From a virus (taxonomy: Duplodnaviria; Caudoviricetes), in the IMG/VR virus record IMGVR_UViG_3300028048_000099, positions 34,151 through 98,150 of that record: a stretch of 64,000 nt of DNA. The stretch is one strand, 5' to 3'. The notes below the pieces were generated by a model. The model worked only from the letters and a program-made list of their open reading frames with translations, made no database searches and was not told where the DNA came from. The position numbers and the translations under genes were made by a program. Shown here piece after piece: positions 39,143 to 49,060 of the stretch. Every line of letters begins with the position of its first letter. The first letter of the stretch is position 1.

Positions 39143-40191
39143 TTTTTTCTATGAACTTTTATCCAATTGAATGTCTTTGAGTTGCATGTGGTCTTTATGA
39201 GATACTTGAAGCCTTTGCCCCCCATTTTCCAAAGCGCGTAGTTGAACGAGAGCTGGTCCCTGTGGGAGTAATCCTTAAGCTCGGACCACCATTTCTCCAT
39301 CAGGTCCCTCGAGCGCTGGTCATTATGGCACCTGGCCATCACGTTTGACTGGACGAGCCCGTAATTCGCCGGGAAACCCTCATCCTTATACCTTTTCATC
39401 TGCCTGTCGGCCAGAGCCACCTCATCGCCCTTGATTTTCCCTATCCTGACACACGCGTCCTTCTCCGCGTATATGCATTTCCTCGCGGGATGCTCAGGGA
39501 TGAAGACGCTGTAAGCCGTCGTGTCCAGCGTTTTAAGAAACTCATTGACATCGCCTTTCACGATAACCGCCCCGTCAACCCAGATACTAATATCATAATC
39601 ACTTAAATACCTGTGCGCCAATATTTTGACCCCCCTCTGTTGTTTCACCTTTGAATATGAGAGCAACTCCTCGGGGATTGGCCTGAACTTCCAGGTCTTG
39701 CTTTTAAGGGTCTTGTCGTCAGTGAAGCACACGTAATCTACCCCCGGGGTCACGAAGCCCGGCTCAAGGATATTGTCGTAACCTCCCGTTATGCAGGTGT
39801 AAACGACAACCCTGGGTCTCCTCCGCATCGTCTCAATCTTCTCCTTGACAGTGGCGAGCAGCTCGTCAATGTCCGTCACCTTCTTCTCGTACATCTCGCA
39901 AATCATTCTCGCCTGTTCCGCCGTGAACTCCCCCGTCCATCCGGACAGGATTGAGACCGTTATCTTGTCGTAACCGAGATACACACCCTGTTTCAGGACC
40001 TTGTAAATCTCAATGTCCCAGTCAAACTCCTCCCTGTCGGTTATCTCGGTCCTGTTCTCCCTCACGGCGGTGTCAAAAAGATATCCCTTGAACGGGTTGT
40101 CAATGGCATAGACAACCTCAGCCCCGTCAGGGTTGAGTGTCGCGCCGTTTTTCACGTCCTCTATGTTGACCAGCAAATACTTCTTCTCCAT
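39139..40191 (-). CDS. DUF616-type glycosyltransferase with N-terminal extension
   Basis: VVYTCITGGYD, DYVCFTD, KILAHRYL, SIWVDG, HPARKCIY, RDQLSFNY. Confidence 0.82.
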   Translation of the reverse strand: MEKKYLLVNIEDVKNGATLNPDGAEVVYAIDNPFKGYLFDTAVRENRTEITDREEFDWDIEIYKVLKQGVYLGYDKITVSILSGWTGEFTAEQARMICEMYEKKVTDIDELLATVKEKIETMRRRPRVVVYTCITGGYDNILEPGFVTPGVDYVCFTDDKTLKSKTWKFRPIPEELLSYSKVKQQRGVKILAHRYLSDYDISIWVDGAVIVKGDVNEFLKTLDTTAYSVFIPEHPARKCIYAEKDACVRIGKIKGDEVALADRQMKRYKDEGFPANYGLVQSNVMARCHNDQRSRDLMEKWWSELKDYSHRDQLSFNYALWKMGGKGFKYLIKTTCNSKTFNWIKVHRKK

Positions 40192-40196
40192 ATCAC

Positions 40197-40226
40197 AAAA
40201 AAAGGGAGATTTTCAAGTCCCCCTCC
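40197..40226 (-). terminator. Possible (leaky) terminator just upstream of the glycosyltransferase genes
   Basis: Minus strand AGGGGGA-loop-TCTCCCT followed by a T-tract ending a few nt before ATG 40191. Confidence 0.45.
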
Positions 40227-40912
40227 TATTTCTTGTCCTTCGTGTTCCCCTGGTATTCAAGTTTGGCCGAGAAGACGTTGCCCTTGTTGTCCACAAGTTT
40301 TATCTTCCCGCCGCTAAGCCCTATGCCTTTCAGGGTCGCGCCCTCGTTAAGTATGCCTTTCTGGCTCATCTCCGCCAGTTTCTCGTCCAGGCACTCGTTG
40401 ATTATCGTCTTGATGAGCGCGTAATCAACGCTGGCGCCTCCCGCCCGCTCGTTTATGGCGGTCTTTTTTCCGCCCTTTTCCCCGAGACGCTCCTCAACCT
40501 TTCTCGCCCCGGACAGCATCTTGTTGAGCCTCGCGTTGTTCGTCGCGGCGTCACCGTTGCCGGCGCTCTCAATCAGCTGCGTGTTCAGGGCTGTCGTGTC
40601 AATCGGGTGCTTGACCATATCCTCAAGAATGGCCGAGCTCATCCTGGAGCCCCGCACCCTCTCGGGATTGAAATCGTTGCTTGAGTAATCGGTGAGCGCC
40701 CGCGCCTTAGCGGCCGCGGACTCACTGAGATACCCACCGTTTGAGGGCACGCCTCCCGGCTCCTCATAAGTCTCGGCCAGGAACATGCTGTCGTCAAAAT
40801 CGTCAGCGGTTCCCGTCCTTCCCTCGTCCATGATTTTGTCCCCCTTAGGGCTGCTCAGAGCCTTCGCGTTCGGGGTTATGAGTTTCCTGAGCACCTCCTC
40901 GCTTAACGCCAT
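40226..40912 (-). CDS. Hypothetical protein rich in (I/L)xE sites (possible head/scaffold protein)
   Basis: LSE, LAE, LIE, INE, LNE motifs; in an operon downstream of a late-type motif. Confidence 0.7.
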   Translation of the reverse strand: MALSEEVLRKLITPNAKALSSPKGDKIMDEGRTGTADDFDDSMFLAETYEEPGGVPSNGGYLSESAAAKARALTDYSSNDFNPERVRGSRMSSAILEDMVKHPIDTTALNTQLIESAGNGDAATNNARLNKMLSGARKVEERLGEKGGKKTAINERAGGASVDYALIKTIINECLDEKLAEMSQKGILNEGATLKGIGLSGGKIKLVDNKGNVFSAKLEYQGNTKDKK

Positions 40913-41763
40913 TATATATTCTCCTCCTCTTCTTCGTCTTTATTGAGATTGTCCATCCTGTTTGTCATGTCCCTAAAGGTCCCGGCCAGCGTCGTGTCCC
41001 TCTCCGGCGCGACGTCCGTCTTCATGACCGGCCCGTCGTCCCTGTTAAGGCTCTGGTCCGTCCTCTCCGGCTCATACGCCGCGTCAGGGTCAACCTCGGT
41101 CTTGGACACCGGCACGGCGTCCCGGACAGGCTGTGTCTCCATTGAATTATCGTCCTGACCGGCGACTTTGTCAATGTTTTTCTGTATGTTTTTGTCATTG
41201 GTCATGCCCACCATCGGGTTAGCCGTCCTCAGGACGTCATTGACGGCGTCATTGGCGGTGTAATAAGTCTTCTCGGTGTTCTTGTCTGCGCCGCCGTTGT
41301 CAACCTCACCTTTTCTCACGGGATGGCCGGTGACAATCTTCTCCGGTTTCTCCTCCCTCCCGGGTTGCCTCTCCGCCGTGGCGCCGCCTATGGGCGAGAC
41401 GGCGTAGAGCGTCTCAATCTGCTCGTCACCCTTGTCATTGAAGCCGTTAAGGTCCTTGGGGTCAAAGGTGCGTGAGTTGTCGTTCCGCCAGCTCGTGACC
41501 CTGTCAAGCCTGAAAAATTTCCATGAGGGCACCTCTGTTGACGTCGAGCCCTGGGGCTGAAACGCCCGCACGACAGGATTGCCGGCCGTTGATATCCCGT
41601 AGGCGACCGGGTATATCTCCCTCTCGCCCTTCCCGGTTCCGGACGGCCCGTTATAGGTTATCCTGACAGGACGCATGTTCCTTACCGCGTCGTTGACCGC
41701 GGTGACGGAGGCGTCCTCCCTCAAAAGGAAAGACTCAGCAAGTATGTCCCTCAGCAAGCCCAT
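40912..41763 (-). CDS. Stand-alone WYL-like domain protein with disordered tail
   Basis: VRITY...REIYPVAYG...VVRAF...WKFFRLDRVTSW; likely start ATG 41763. Confidence 0.72.
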   Translation of the reverse strand: MGLLRDILAESFLLREDASVTAVNDAVRNMRPVRITYNGPSGTGKGEREIYPVAYGISTAGNPVVRAFQPQGSTSTEVPSWKFFRLDRVTSWRNDNSRTFDPKDLNGFNDKGDEQIETLYAVSPIGGATAERQPGREEKPEKIVTGHPVRKGEVDNGGADKNTEKTYYTANDAVNDVLRTANPMVGMTNDKNIQKNIDKVAGQDDNSMETQPVRDAVPVSKTEVDPDAAYEPERTDQSLNRDDGPVMKTDVAPERDTTLAGTFRDMTNRMDNLNKDEEEEENI

Positions 41764-41764
41764 T

Positions 41765-42136
41765 TTAGACCACAATCTGTCCGTCAGCCACGTTGAGTGA
41801 GGTGTCCACGAGCGCGGGCCCGTAGGCGTTCTCCCTGTTGTAGATGCTTATCGCCATAAGCCTGTTCCTACCGCCGATTTCGTTACGGCCCTCGATGTCA
41901 TAAAGGCCTCCGCCGCCCTCGGTATCGAAGTTGGCGTAACTAATCATGGACGTCGGGAGGTTGCAGTCAGGCACCGAGTGCGTGTGGCCGCCGTATCCCG
42001 TACCCTTACCCTGGGGGTCGCCGTTTGAGAGGGCGTCCGGATGGGTCACGGAGTACTCGTCATGAATCGTGTAGTCGTTTCTTGTCAAGGCGCTCGCTCT
42101 CGCGGGGATACCTCTCTTTTCCAAACAAGTCTGCAT
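41765..42136 (-). CDS. Hypothetical Gly-rich protein (possible virion protein)
   Basis: 123-aa ORF in operon; backbone codon usage. Confidence 0.7.
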   Translation of the reverse strand: MQTCLEKRGIPARASALTRNDYTIHDEYSVTHPDALSNGDPQGKGTGYGGHTHSVPDCNLPTSMISYANFDTEGGGGLYDIEGRNEIGGRNRLMAISIYNRENAYGPALVDTSLNVADGQIVV

Positions 42137-42158
42137 ATCTTTTATTATAAACTATTCA

Positions 42159-42896
42159 TTATGCGTATGTTATAAAACCGGTACCCACATTGGGGTCCTT
42201 CACTTTCTTTGAGTGGGCCTTCCCGTTTCCGGAGTTCTTGGTCCCGCCCGCTTTCTGGAACTGGTTCTCAAATCCCAGGTTCTTCCTGTTCGTCTTCCTT
42301 TGCTTAATCGCCCCGGTTTCCCTGTTAAGGACCGAGCAGATAACCTTAATGGCGTGCTTCACTCTCTCTAACTGCTGCCTCGGGGCGTTCTGACGGGTCA
42401 GGTTTGCCAGGAGCCGCTCGAGCTCGGTCTTTTTGGTGGTCAGGTTCGTGTAGGAATATGTCTTTTTGAGCCCGTCGCCGTCAAGGTCCAGTCTCCACGT
42501 CCTTCCCTCAAGCTCCCCGTTGCTCTCCCGGAGTTTTTTTTTACCGAAATCATCCTCGTCCTCGTCATCCCAACCGTCATGATACTCAAACTCGTTATCA
42601 AAACCGTCAAGGGTGTTCGCGCGAAGGCCTGAGCCCCAGTGTCCCCAGAGCCCGTGTCCCCCGTTCCTGAACAACAGGGCGAAAAGGGTCTCGGGGGCGA
42701 GCTCGTGCGCGTAGTCGTCAGTTGTGAGGGGGTCGGAATACTCCTTCTCCCCGTTGCTGTCGCTCACCGCGCCTCCAGCCTTGGTGGTCGTCAACCCATC
42801 CTCGGCGTAATCGCTGGAGTTGTCAAGGTACGCTGTGTTCGTCCCGCATATCTCGTCAAGCTGGTCTCGTCTCAATATTAAAGTCTTACGGCCCAT
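42159..42896 (-). CDS. Hypothetical protein (acidic N-half, basic C-half)
   Basis: 245-aa ORF; CTATTTAT at 42931-42924. Confidence 0.7.
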   Translation of the reverse strand: MGRKTLILRRDQLDEICGTNTAYLDNSSDYAEDGLTTTKAGGAVSDSNGEKEYSDPLTTDDYAHELAPETLFALLFRNGGHGLWGHWGSGLRANTLDGFDNEFEYHDGWDDEDEDDFGKKKLRESNGELEGRTWRLDLDGDGLKKTYSYTNLTTKKTELERLLANLTRQNAPRQQLERVKHAIKVICSVLNRETGAIKQRKTNRKNLGFENQFQKAGGTKNSGNGKAHSKKVKDPNVGTGFITYA

Positions 42897-43017
42897 ATCC
42901 TATATCCCGAATATTATTTTTACATAAATAGTCGCTAAAATAGTTTTGTCCCGTCGTCGCCCACTTGACTTTCGCCGGAAAACCGATAATATTATATCAG
43001 AAAACAATTTTGACGAT

Positions 43018-43710
43018 ATGAAAGAGAACTTTATCCACGTGTGCTTCGTGATTGACGAGTCCGGAAGCATGGCAGGAACCGAGAGTGACATCATCGGGGG
43101 TTTCAGGAAGGTTGTTGACGAGCAGAAGGCGGTCAAGGACGGCAAGTGCGCGGTCTCGCTTTACAAGTTCAACGACCGGGTGAGCGAGATTTATATCGGG
43201 AAGGACGTCAACGAGATTGATTACCTTGACGATAAGACATACAGGCCCGGAGGGTGCACCGCCATGAACGACGCCATCGGGACGGCCATTGACAAAATCG
43301 GGAAATGGCTCTCCGATATGGACGAGGCCGAGAGACCGGAGAAGAACCTCGTGGTCATAATGACTGACGGCGAGGAGAACTCATCGTCCGAGTACAGTCT
43401 TAAGAAGGTCAAGGAGATGATTAAGCACCAGGAGGAGAAATACAACTGGACGTTCATGTATCTCGGCGCCGACATCACCGACGCCGCCTACGCCAGGAGT
43501 TACGGCTTTGAGAACAGGATGTATTCCTCCAAGGACAACCTTGGGAAGTCCTATGACACGATAAACACCGCGCTCAACTGTTACCGCAGCGCGAAGGGCT
43601 CCTACGAGGAGAGGAACAGCCTGTGGTTGTCGGGCCTCGAGGCCTCCATTGACAATATGAACACGGCCTACGAGAACGAGACCGGGAAAAAGATAACGAA
43701 TAACGCTTAG
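43018..43710 (+). CDS. von Willebrand factor A domain protein
   Basis: MIDAS motif DESGS, GCTAMNDAI, IMTDGEENSS; promoter TTGACT-N16-TAATAT at 42965-42992. Confidence 0.9.
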   Translation: MKENFIHVCFVIDESGSMAGTESDIIGGFRKVVDEQKAVKDGKCAVSLYKFNDRVSEIYIGKDVNEIDYLDDKTYRPGGCTAMNDAIGTAIDKIGKWLSDMDEAERPEKNLVVIMTDGEENSSSEYSLKKVKEMIKHQEEKYNWTFMYLGADITDAAYARSYGFENRMYSSKDNLGKSYDTINTALNCYRSAKGSYEERNSLWLSGLEASIDNMNTAYENETGKKITNNA

Positions 43711-43714
43711 GGAT

Positions 43715-44962
43715 ATGCCGGAGAACAAGAAAATAAAGGTGCTGGTGGTCCCCTCGGACGAATTCGGCGTTGGGCTCTACAGGTCCCGCCGCCCGCACGA
43801 GAAGCTGCGTGAGCTTTACGGGGACGAGTTTGACGTTGAGATAAACATGCAGCCCAACTGGGCGGACTTCCCCTCGTTTGAGAAGTACGACATCATACAC
43901 TTCCACAAGGGGCTGTTCAGCGACGAGGGGCAGAAGGTGTTCCATGAGGCCCTGAGATACTTCAAGGCCCATAACATCACGACAGTGATGGATATTGACG
44001 ATAACTGGGACGTGGGGCAGTTCCATCCCCTGTACCTCTCCAACAAGGCCATCAAGGCCCCGGAGAAGATAACGACCAACTTCACCCTCGTGGACTATGT
44101 CACGACGACCACCAGGATATACGCGGCCAAGATAAGGAAATGGAACAAGAACGTGATGATATTCCCCAACGCGATTGACCCGGACGAGGAGCAGTACCAG
44201 CCCATAAAGTACCCGTCCGACAGGATTCGCTTCGGGTTCGTCATGGGCTCCTCCCACGAGAGGGACATGGAGCAGTTCAAGGGCGTGGCGGAGCAGATTT
44301 ACAACTCGGCCGTGAGGGACAAGGTCCAGCTCGTGCTCTGCGGGTATGACCTCAGGGGGACGATAACGATGGTTGACAAGGACGGCAAGCCCACGGGTCA
44401 GAGGCCCATTGAGCCGAAGGAGAGCGTGTGGTACCGTTACGAGCAGAACCTGACGAAGGACTACTCGCTGGTGTCGCCCGAGTACAGGGATTTCCTCATG
44501 CAGTTCATACCCAACTCGCAGTATCCCGGGGTGAGGGACGAGTTCTACCGCAGGGAGTGGACCAAGGACGTCAACAACTTCGCGACCCACTACAGGAACA
44601 TTGACGTGCTGCTCGCCCCGCTTGACACCAACTCGTTCAACGAGGTCAAGTCCGAGCTCAAGTTCGCCGAGGCCGGTTTCACCAGGACCGCGGTGGTGTG
44701 CAGCGACTTCGGTCCGTACACAATCGGAAGCAAGTCCATCTTCAAGAAGGGCGGCGAGATTGACGAGACGGGCAACTGCGTCCTCATTGACCCGGCCAAG
44801 AAACACAAGGCGTGGGTGAAGGCCATCCTGAGGCTCGCGTACAACCCCGAGCTCATCAAGCTCCTGCAGGACAACATGTACGAGCACGTCAAGGACATCT
44901 ACGACATCAACAAGGTCACCGCCGACAGGGCGAAGTGGTACAAGGAGATAGTGAAGAAATAA
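43715..44962 (+). CDS. GT-B fold glycosyltransferase (GT4-like)
   Basis: MDIDDNW, FPNAID, GSSHERD, LAPLDTNSFNEVKSELKFAEAG. Confidence 0.85.
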   Translation: MPENKKIKVLVVPSDEFGVGLYRSRRPHEKLRELYGDEFDVEINMQPNWADFPSFEKYDIIHFHKGLFSDEGQKVFHEALRYFKAHNITTVMDIDDNWDVGQFHPLYLSNKAIKAPEKITTNFTLVDYVTTTTRIYAAKIRKWNKNVMIFPNAIDPDEEQYQPIKYPSDRIRFGFVMGSSHERDMEQFKGVAEQIYNSAVRDKVQLVLCGYDLRGTITMVDKDGKPTGQRPIEPKESVWYRYEQNLTKDYSLVSPEYRDFLMQFIPNSQYPGVRDEFYRREWTKDVNNFATHYRNIDVLLAPLDTNSFNEVKSELKFAEAGFTRTAVVCSDFGPYTIGSKSIFKKGGEIDETGNCVLIDPAKKHKAWVKAILRLAYNPELIKLLQDNMYEHVKDIYDINKVTADRAKWYKEIVKK

Positions 44963-45074
44963 GGATATAACCCCTCCCTGACATGGGAAAACCGCGGTCA
45001 TTTTTTCTCTTCAGTGGCCGCGGTTTTAATTTTATGGCACGGTTTTTGCATATATGTGTAAAAAAAGGAAAACT

Positions 45075-45371
45075 ATGGGAAGAGAAATCTACAACATGCT
45101 CACCAGGGGTGACGACGGGATGTTCACGATAAGCGGCTTTGAGACCCTTGATAGCGCGAGAGAGGCGTTGAAGACGCACATTGAGTGCCAGGAGGCGATT
45201 GAGGGAAAGGGCGCGGACATGCACGTGGACTACCACGCCCTTGAAAGGTTATCCGTTCCCGGGTTTGTCATAAAGCCGGAGGATGTCATCTCGCACGTTA
45301 CCGTATTCGTGAGGCGCGGTGATGTGATAAACAGGACCGACAGATATGTCGTCAAAGTTCAAATCAGTTAA
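45075..45371 (+). CDS. Hypothetical protein
   Basis: ORF with backbone codon usage; likely ATG 45075. Confidence 0.6.
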   Translation: MGREIYNMLTRGDDGMFTISGFETLDSAREALKTHIECQEAIEGKGADMHVDYHALERLSVPGFVIKPEDVISHVTVFVRRGDVINRTDRYVVKVQIS

Positions 45372-45383
45372 AATCAAATACTT

Positions 45384-46427
45384 ATGATTAAAAGCGTTAC
45401 ATTCCCGAAGCAAGGGGAAGGATATTTGTACGCGAAGCCGGAAAATCCGGGAAAGGCCCCGGACAAGGAGAGCTACGAATACTCTGACTGGGATTTCAGC
45501 CACAACAGGAAGGAGGGCAAGAAGGTCTACAAGGAGGAGAAATACGCCAGGGACTATGAGCGGTGGAAGGAGGAGAAGAAGTTTTATGACGACAACAAGG
45601 GCAAGTTCATAAACCCCGCCGCGAAAACCCTAATCGGAAAAGAGATTAACTTCGAGCCGGGCAAGCTGAACATCATATTCGGACCCAACGGCTGCGGGAA
45701 GACCACAATCCTCAAGGCCATCGCCGGTACCGCCGGGATTATGGGGGACGGCATGACGCGCCCCGGGGACCCGCTTGATGTCTTCGGGTGGGACAGCGAC
45801 AGGGAAAGTATTGGGGCTGTGGCCAGGCACATTGAAGAGCTCAAGCAAAACACCGCTGACGTCGCCTGGGACGGGAATGTCGTCTATTATGACAACTTCG
45901 CCCACACATTTAACCAGGGCAACAGCCTCATCGGCGGGCTTGAAGGGACCGCCCTGGGCAGCTTTGGTGATGAGATTACTTTCAGAATCGCGGGAAGTAA
46001 GACCAATTCCGGCAGAAGGGCTATGTGGATGCTCGGGAATGTCCTTGAATACCAGAAAATGGGGCTGACACTAAAGAAAATATTTGAGCCTGTTTTGAAA
46101 AACAAGAGGCAGAACGACACATGGTACAAGTCCTACAAGACCCAGGACAAGTATTTCCAACGGTTTGAGAACTATGACAAGGAGGTGCCGATGACGATAC
46201 TGTTTGACGAGCCGGAGGTTAACTTTGACATCATGACGGTATGGAACCTTTACAATAACGTGTTCCCGACCATCTGTGAGAGAATGGGGACGCAGATTAT
46301 AACCGTCTCGCACTCGCCAATCGTGATGAGTGAGGACATCATCGGCAATGGGCATATCAACCTCATCTCGCTTGACGGGGAATACACGAAATCCGTAAAG
46401 GAACTGCTGCGGACCGTGCGCTTTTGA
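45384..46427 (+). CDS. ABC-type ATPase (non-transporter)
   Basis: Walker A GPNGCGKT, signature-like NSGRR, Walker B ILFDEPE, H-loop VSHS. Confidence 0.85.
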   Translation: MIKSVTFPKQGEGYLYAKPENPGKAPDKESYEYSDWDFSHNRKEGKKVYKEEKYARDYERWKEEKKFYDDNKGKFINPAAKTLIGKEINFEPGKLNIIFGPNGCGKTTILKAIAGTAGIMGDGMTRPGDPLDVFGWDSDRESIGAVARHIEELKQNTADVAWDGNVVYYDNFAHTFNQGNSLIGGLEGTALGSFGDEITFRIAGSKTNSGRRAMWMLGNVLEYQKMGLTLKKIFEPVLKNKRQNDTWYKSYKTQDKYFQRFENYDKEVPMTILFDEPEVNFDIMTVWNLYNNVFPTICERMGTQIITVSHSPIVMSEDIIGNGHINLISLDGEYTKSVKELLRTVRF

Positions 46428-46483
46428 TTTGATATTTCGGCTATTTTTCGGTATATTACTGGAGAATAACCGATTTATCATAT

Positions 46484-47086
46484 ATGAGAATAGAACCGAT
46501 GAAGGGACTGGAAGATGTCCTGCTTATACGCCCCGACCTGCATGAGGATGAGCGGGGTTATTTCTATGAGGTCTTCAACGAGAGGGAGTTCAACGAGAAG
46601 ACGGGAGGCAAATACGATTTCCACGCCCTCCAGGAGAATGAGAGTAAGTCAAAAGCCGGTGTGTTCAGGGGGCTACATTTCCAAAAAGCGCCTTATGAGC
46701 AGGCGAAACTCGTGAGAGTGTTAAAAGGGCGTGTCGTTGATTTCGCCGTTGATATCCGTAAGGACAGCCCTACTTTTGGGAAATGCGTATTCGCGAACCT
46801 TACGGAGGAAAACAAGCGCCAATTCTTTATCCCGAGGGGCTTCGCGCACGGTTTCTATGTGTTCAGTGACGAGGCGGTTTTTGAGTATAAGTGCGACAAC
46901 TACTACAACAAGGAAAGCGAGGGCGGGATACGATGGGACGACGAGAACATTGAGGTCCTGGAATATACACACCTTGACGGAAAGCACCCATCAATAAAAG
47001 AAGCATTTAACGCAATCAGGGGTGAATATGAGTTTGTGCTCTCCGAAAAGGACAGGAACAGGATAACGACACTAAAAGACCTTTAA
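46484..47086 (+). CDS. rmlC: dTDP-4-dehydrorhamnose 3,5-epimerase
   Basis: DERGYF, QENES, RGLHFQ, QAKLVRV, DIRKDSPTFG, PRGFAHGF, YKCDNYY; promoter TTGATA-N17-TATATT at 46429-46457. Confidence 0.95.
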   Translation: MRIEPMKGLEDVLLIRPDLHEDERGYFYEVFNEREFNEKTGGKYDFHALQENESKSKAGVFRGLHFQKAPYEQAKLVRVLKGRVVDFAVDIRKDSPTFGKCVFANLTEENKRQFFIPRGFAHGFYVFSDEAVFEYKCDNYYNKESEGGIRWDDENIEVLEYTHLDGKHPSIKEAFNAIRGEYEFVLSEKDRNRITTLKDL

Positions 47087-47087
47087 T

Positions 47088-48011
47088 ATGAACATACTTG
47101 TAACAGGAGCCAACGGGCAGCTCGGGAAGTGTATCCGTGACAAGGTGAAATCCCTTAAAGAAACCGAAAACACATACATATTCAGCGATGTTGTCGGAAG
47201 TGACGACGCCGACACCGAATACCTTGACATTATTGACGAGGAAATGGTCAAGAGTTTCGTCAAGAACAGCAACATCAATGTCATAATCAACTGCGCCGCC
47301 TACACCAACGTGGACAAGGCGGAGAGCGACTACAAGACGGCTGAGGCGTTGAACGCGTTCGCGCCGAAATATCTCGCCGAGGCCGCGCTGTCGGTCGGGG
47401 CCAAGCTCATCCACATCTCAACGGACTATGTGTTCAACGGGATGGGGTTCATGCCCTACACCGAGGACAGGATGACGCTTCCCGTCTCAGTCTACGGGAC
47501 GACAAAGAGGATGGCTGAGGAGTTCATACAGGAGAGCGGATGCAACTACCTGATTTTCAGAACCGCGTGGCTTTACTCCGAGTACGGGAACAACTTCGTG
47601 AAGACAATGATGAGGCTGTTTGACACGAGGAAGGAGGTCAATGTCGTCAACGACCAGATTGGGACACCCACATACGCCGGGAATCTCGCCGGGCTTATCG
47701 TGGACATCATTGAGCGAAAGGAACCACTTGAGGGCGAGGAGACAATCCCGCTTCTGAAAAACGGCATATATCATTTCACGGATGAGGGTGTCGCCTCATG
47801 GTACGACTTCGCCTGGCAGGTTTATGAGCGTTCCGGGAAATTCGGGGTCAGGCTCAACGGGGTCACGACGAGGGAATACGGGTCAAACACGAGGCGCCCT
47901 TACTACTCGGTCCTTGACAAGACAAAGGTCAAAACCGATTTCAAGGGTTTGTACGAGCCGAAACACTGGCACAACGGCGTACATGAGGTTGTTGAGAAAC
48001 TGCTTAAATAA
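47088..48011 (+). CDS. rmlD: dTDP-4-dehydrorhamnose reductase
   Basis: GANGQLG, NCAAYTNVDKAE, HISTDYVF, YGTTK, RTAWLY, DQIGTPT. Confidence 0.95.
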   Translation: MNILVTGANGQLGKCIRDKVKSLKETENTYIFSDVVGSDDADTEYLDIIDEEMVKSFVKNSNINVIINCAAYTNVDKAESDYKTAEALNAFAPKYLAEAALSVGAKLIHISTDYVFNGMGFMPYTEDRMTLPVSVYGTTKRMAEEFIQESGCNYLIFRTAWLYSEYGNNFVKTMMRLFDTRKEVNVVNDQIGTPTYAGNLAGLIVDIIERKEPLEGEETIPLLKNGIYHFTDEGVASWYDFAWQVYERSGKFGVRLNGVTTREYGSNTRRPYYSVLDKTKVKTDFKGLYEPKHWHNGVHEVVEKLLK

Positions 48012-48028
48012 CTGAAAAACAAATAGTT

Positions 48029-49024
48029 ATGGTAAAAAAGAAAACAGATATTGAGAGAATGAGCGACGAGGATAGGATGAACCTGGAAGCCGGGTGGTAT
48101 TGCAAACATGAGACAGAGGAAGACCCGGAATTCGCGAAGGAACGCGAAGAAAACGCGAGAGAACTCAGGAAGAACGTGTTAACTCCAGACGATGAGATTA
48201 AGTTAAAGGAAATATGGAGAAAACATAACGAGGAAAGGGAAAAACAGTTAAAAAAACACGAGGAGAAGCTTGAGCTGGAAAAACACCTTAATGAGGTCCG
48301 GCAAGAAATAGAAGATAAGGAGAGAGAAAAGGAAAACAACAATCCCCTGAAGAGATACGAGGAGGAGAAGATACGCGAGAACATAAGGGAAAACATCCAA
48401 AAGGGTATGCTCAGTGACAAGGAAGAGGAAGAAATCAAGGAAAAGTTTGAAAATCCGGAAGTTCGCTCCGTTTATGATATTCTGTCTGGTATGCTTTCAT
48501 TTTTATTCCCATATGAACCAGGGGAAAACATTGACAAAAGCAGGAAGATAAGCGAAAGCGATATGATAAACGTCGCCGCGAACCTTATCCCGAAAATGCG
48601 TGAGGTGAGGAAAAACATGTTTTACGACAAGCACAAACTGCCCGAAAACAAGGCGGAGGATGTTGAGAGACTGGCGAAAGACCTTTCCGGTTATAGTGAT
48701 GCCGCCAAAAAGGAATACGTCGCCCCCAAATGCGAGTTTGGTGAAAAAACGCCCTCAAAGCGCTTTGATTTTGACGGGATATGCCAGGAAATGATGGACC
48801 TTCACCGGAGAAAGAACAACGATTACGGGAACGCGGCGCAGAGGTCATATGACAAGTTCGGCATCATAAGTTACGTGATGCGGCTCGGGGATAAGATGAG
48901 CCGGCTGGAGACATTGACAAGTCCCGGCGCGGAACAAAAGGTGGAAGGGGAAAAGATTGAGGACACGCTCATGGACCTCGCCGCCTACGCGATTATGGCG
49001 ATTGAGTCTCTAAGGAGCTCTTAA
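48029..49024 (+). CDS. Charged coiled-coil protein with C-terminal DUF1599 (nucleotide-modification-associated) domain
   Basis: RKNNDYGN..RLGDKMSRL..IEDTLMDLAAYAIM. Confidence 0.75.
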   Translation: MVKKKTDIERMSDEDRMNLEAGWYCKHETEEDPEFAKEREENARELRKNVLTPDDEIKLKEIWRKHNEEREKQLKKHEEKLELEKHLNEVRQEIEDKEREKENNNPLKRYEEEKIRENIRENIQKGMLSDKEEEEIKEKFENPEVRSVYDILSGMLSFLFPYEPGENIDKSRKISESDMINVAANLIPKMREVRKNMFYDKHKLPENKAEDVERLAKDLSGYSDAAKKEYVAPKCEFGEKTPSKRFDFDGICQEMMDLHRRKNNDYGNAAQRSYDKFGIISYVMRLGDKMSRLETLTSPGAEQKVEGEKIEDTLMDLAAYAIMAIESLRSS

Positions 49025-49031
49025 AACAAGA

Positions 49032-49060
49032 AAGACCCTCATTTACTGGGGGTCTTTTTT
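49032..49060. terminator. Bidirectional terminator
   Basis: AAAGACCCTCA-TTTAC-TGGGGGTCTTT followed by T's. Confidence 0.65.

Noticed and set aside
43574-45001. 475-aa antisense ORF, and many similar opposite-strand or alternate-frame ORFs in the track
   Set aside because: Shadows of GC3-rich genes; they overlap well-supported CDSs and have no recognisable motifs or promoters.
42946-46427. vWA plus ATPase as a MoxR-type chaperone or defence system
   Set aside because: The ATPase is ABC-type rather than MoxR AAA+, and the genes are separated by a glycosyltransferase and a hairpin at about 44990-45027.
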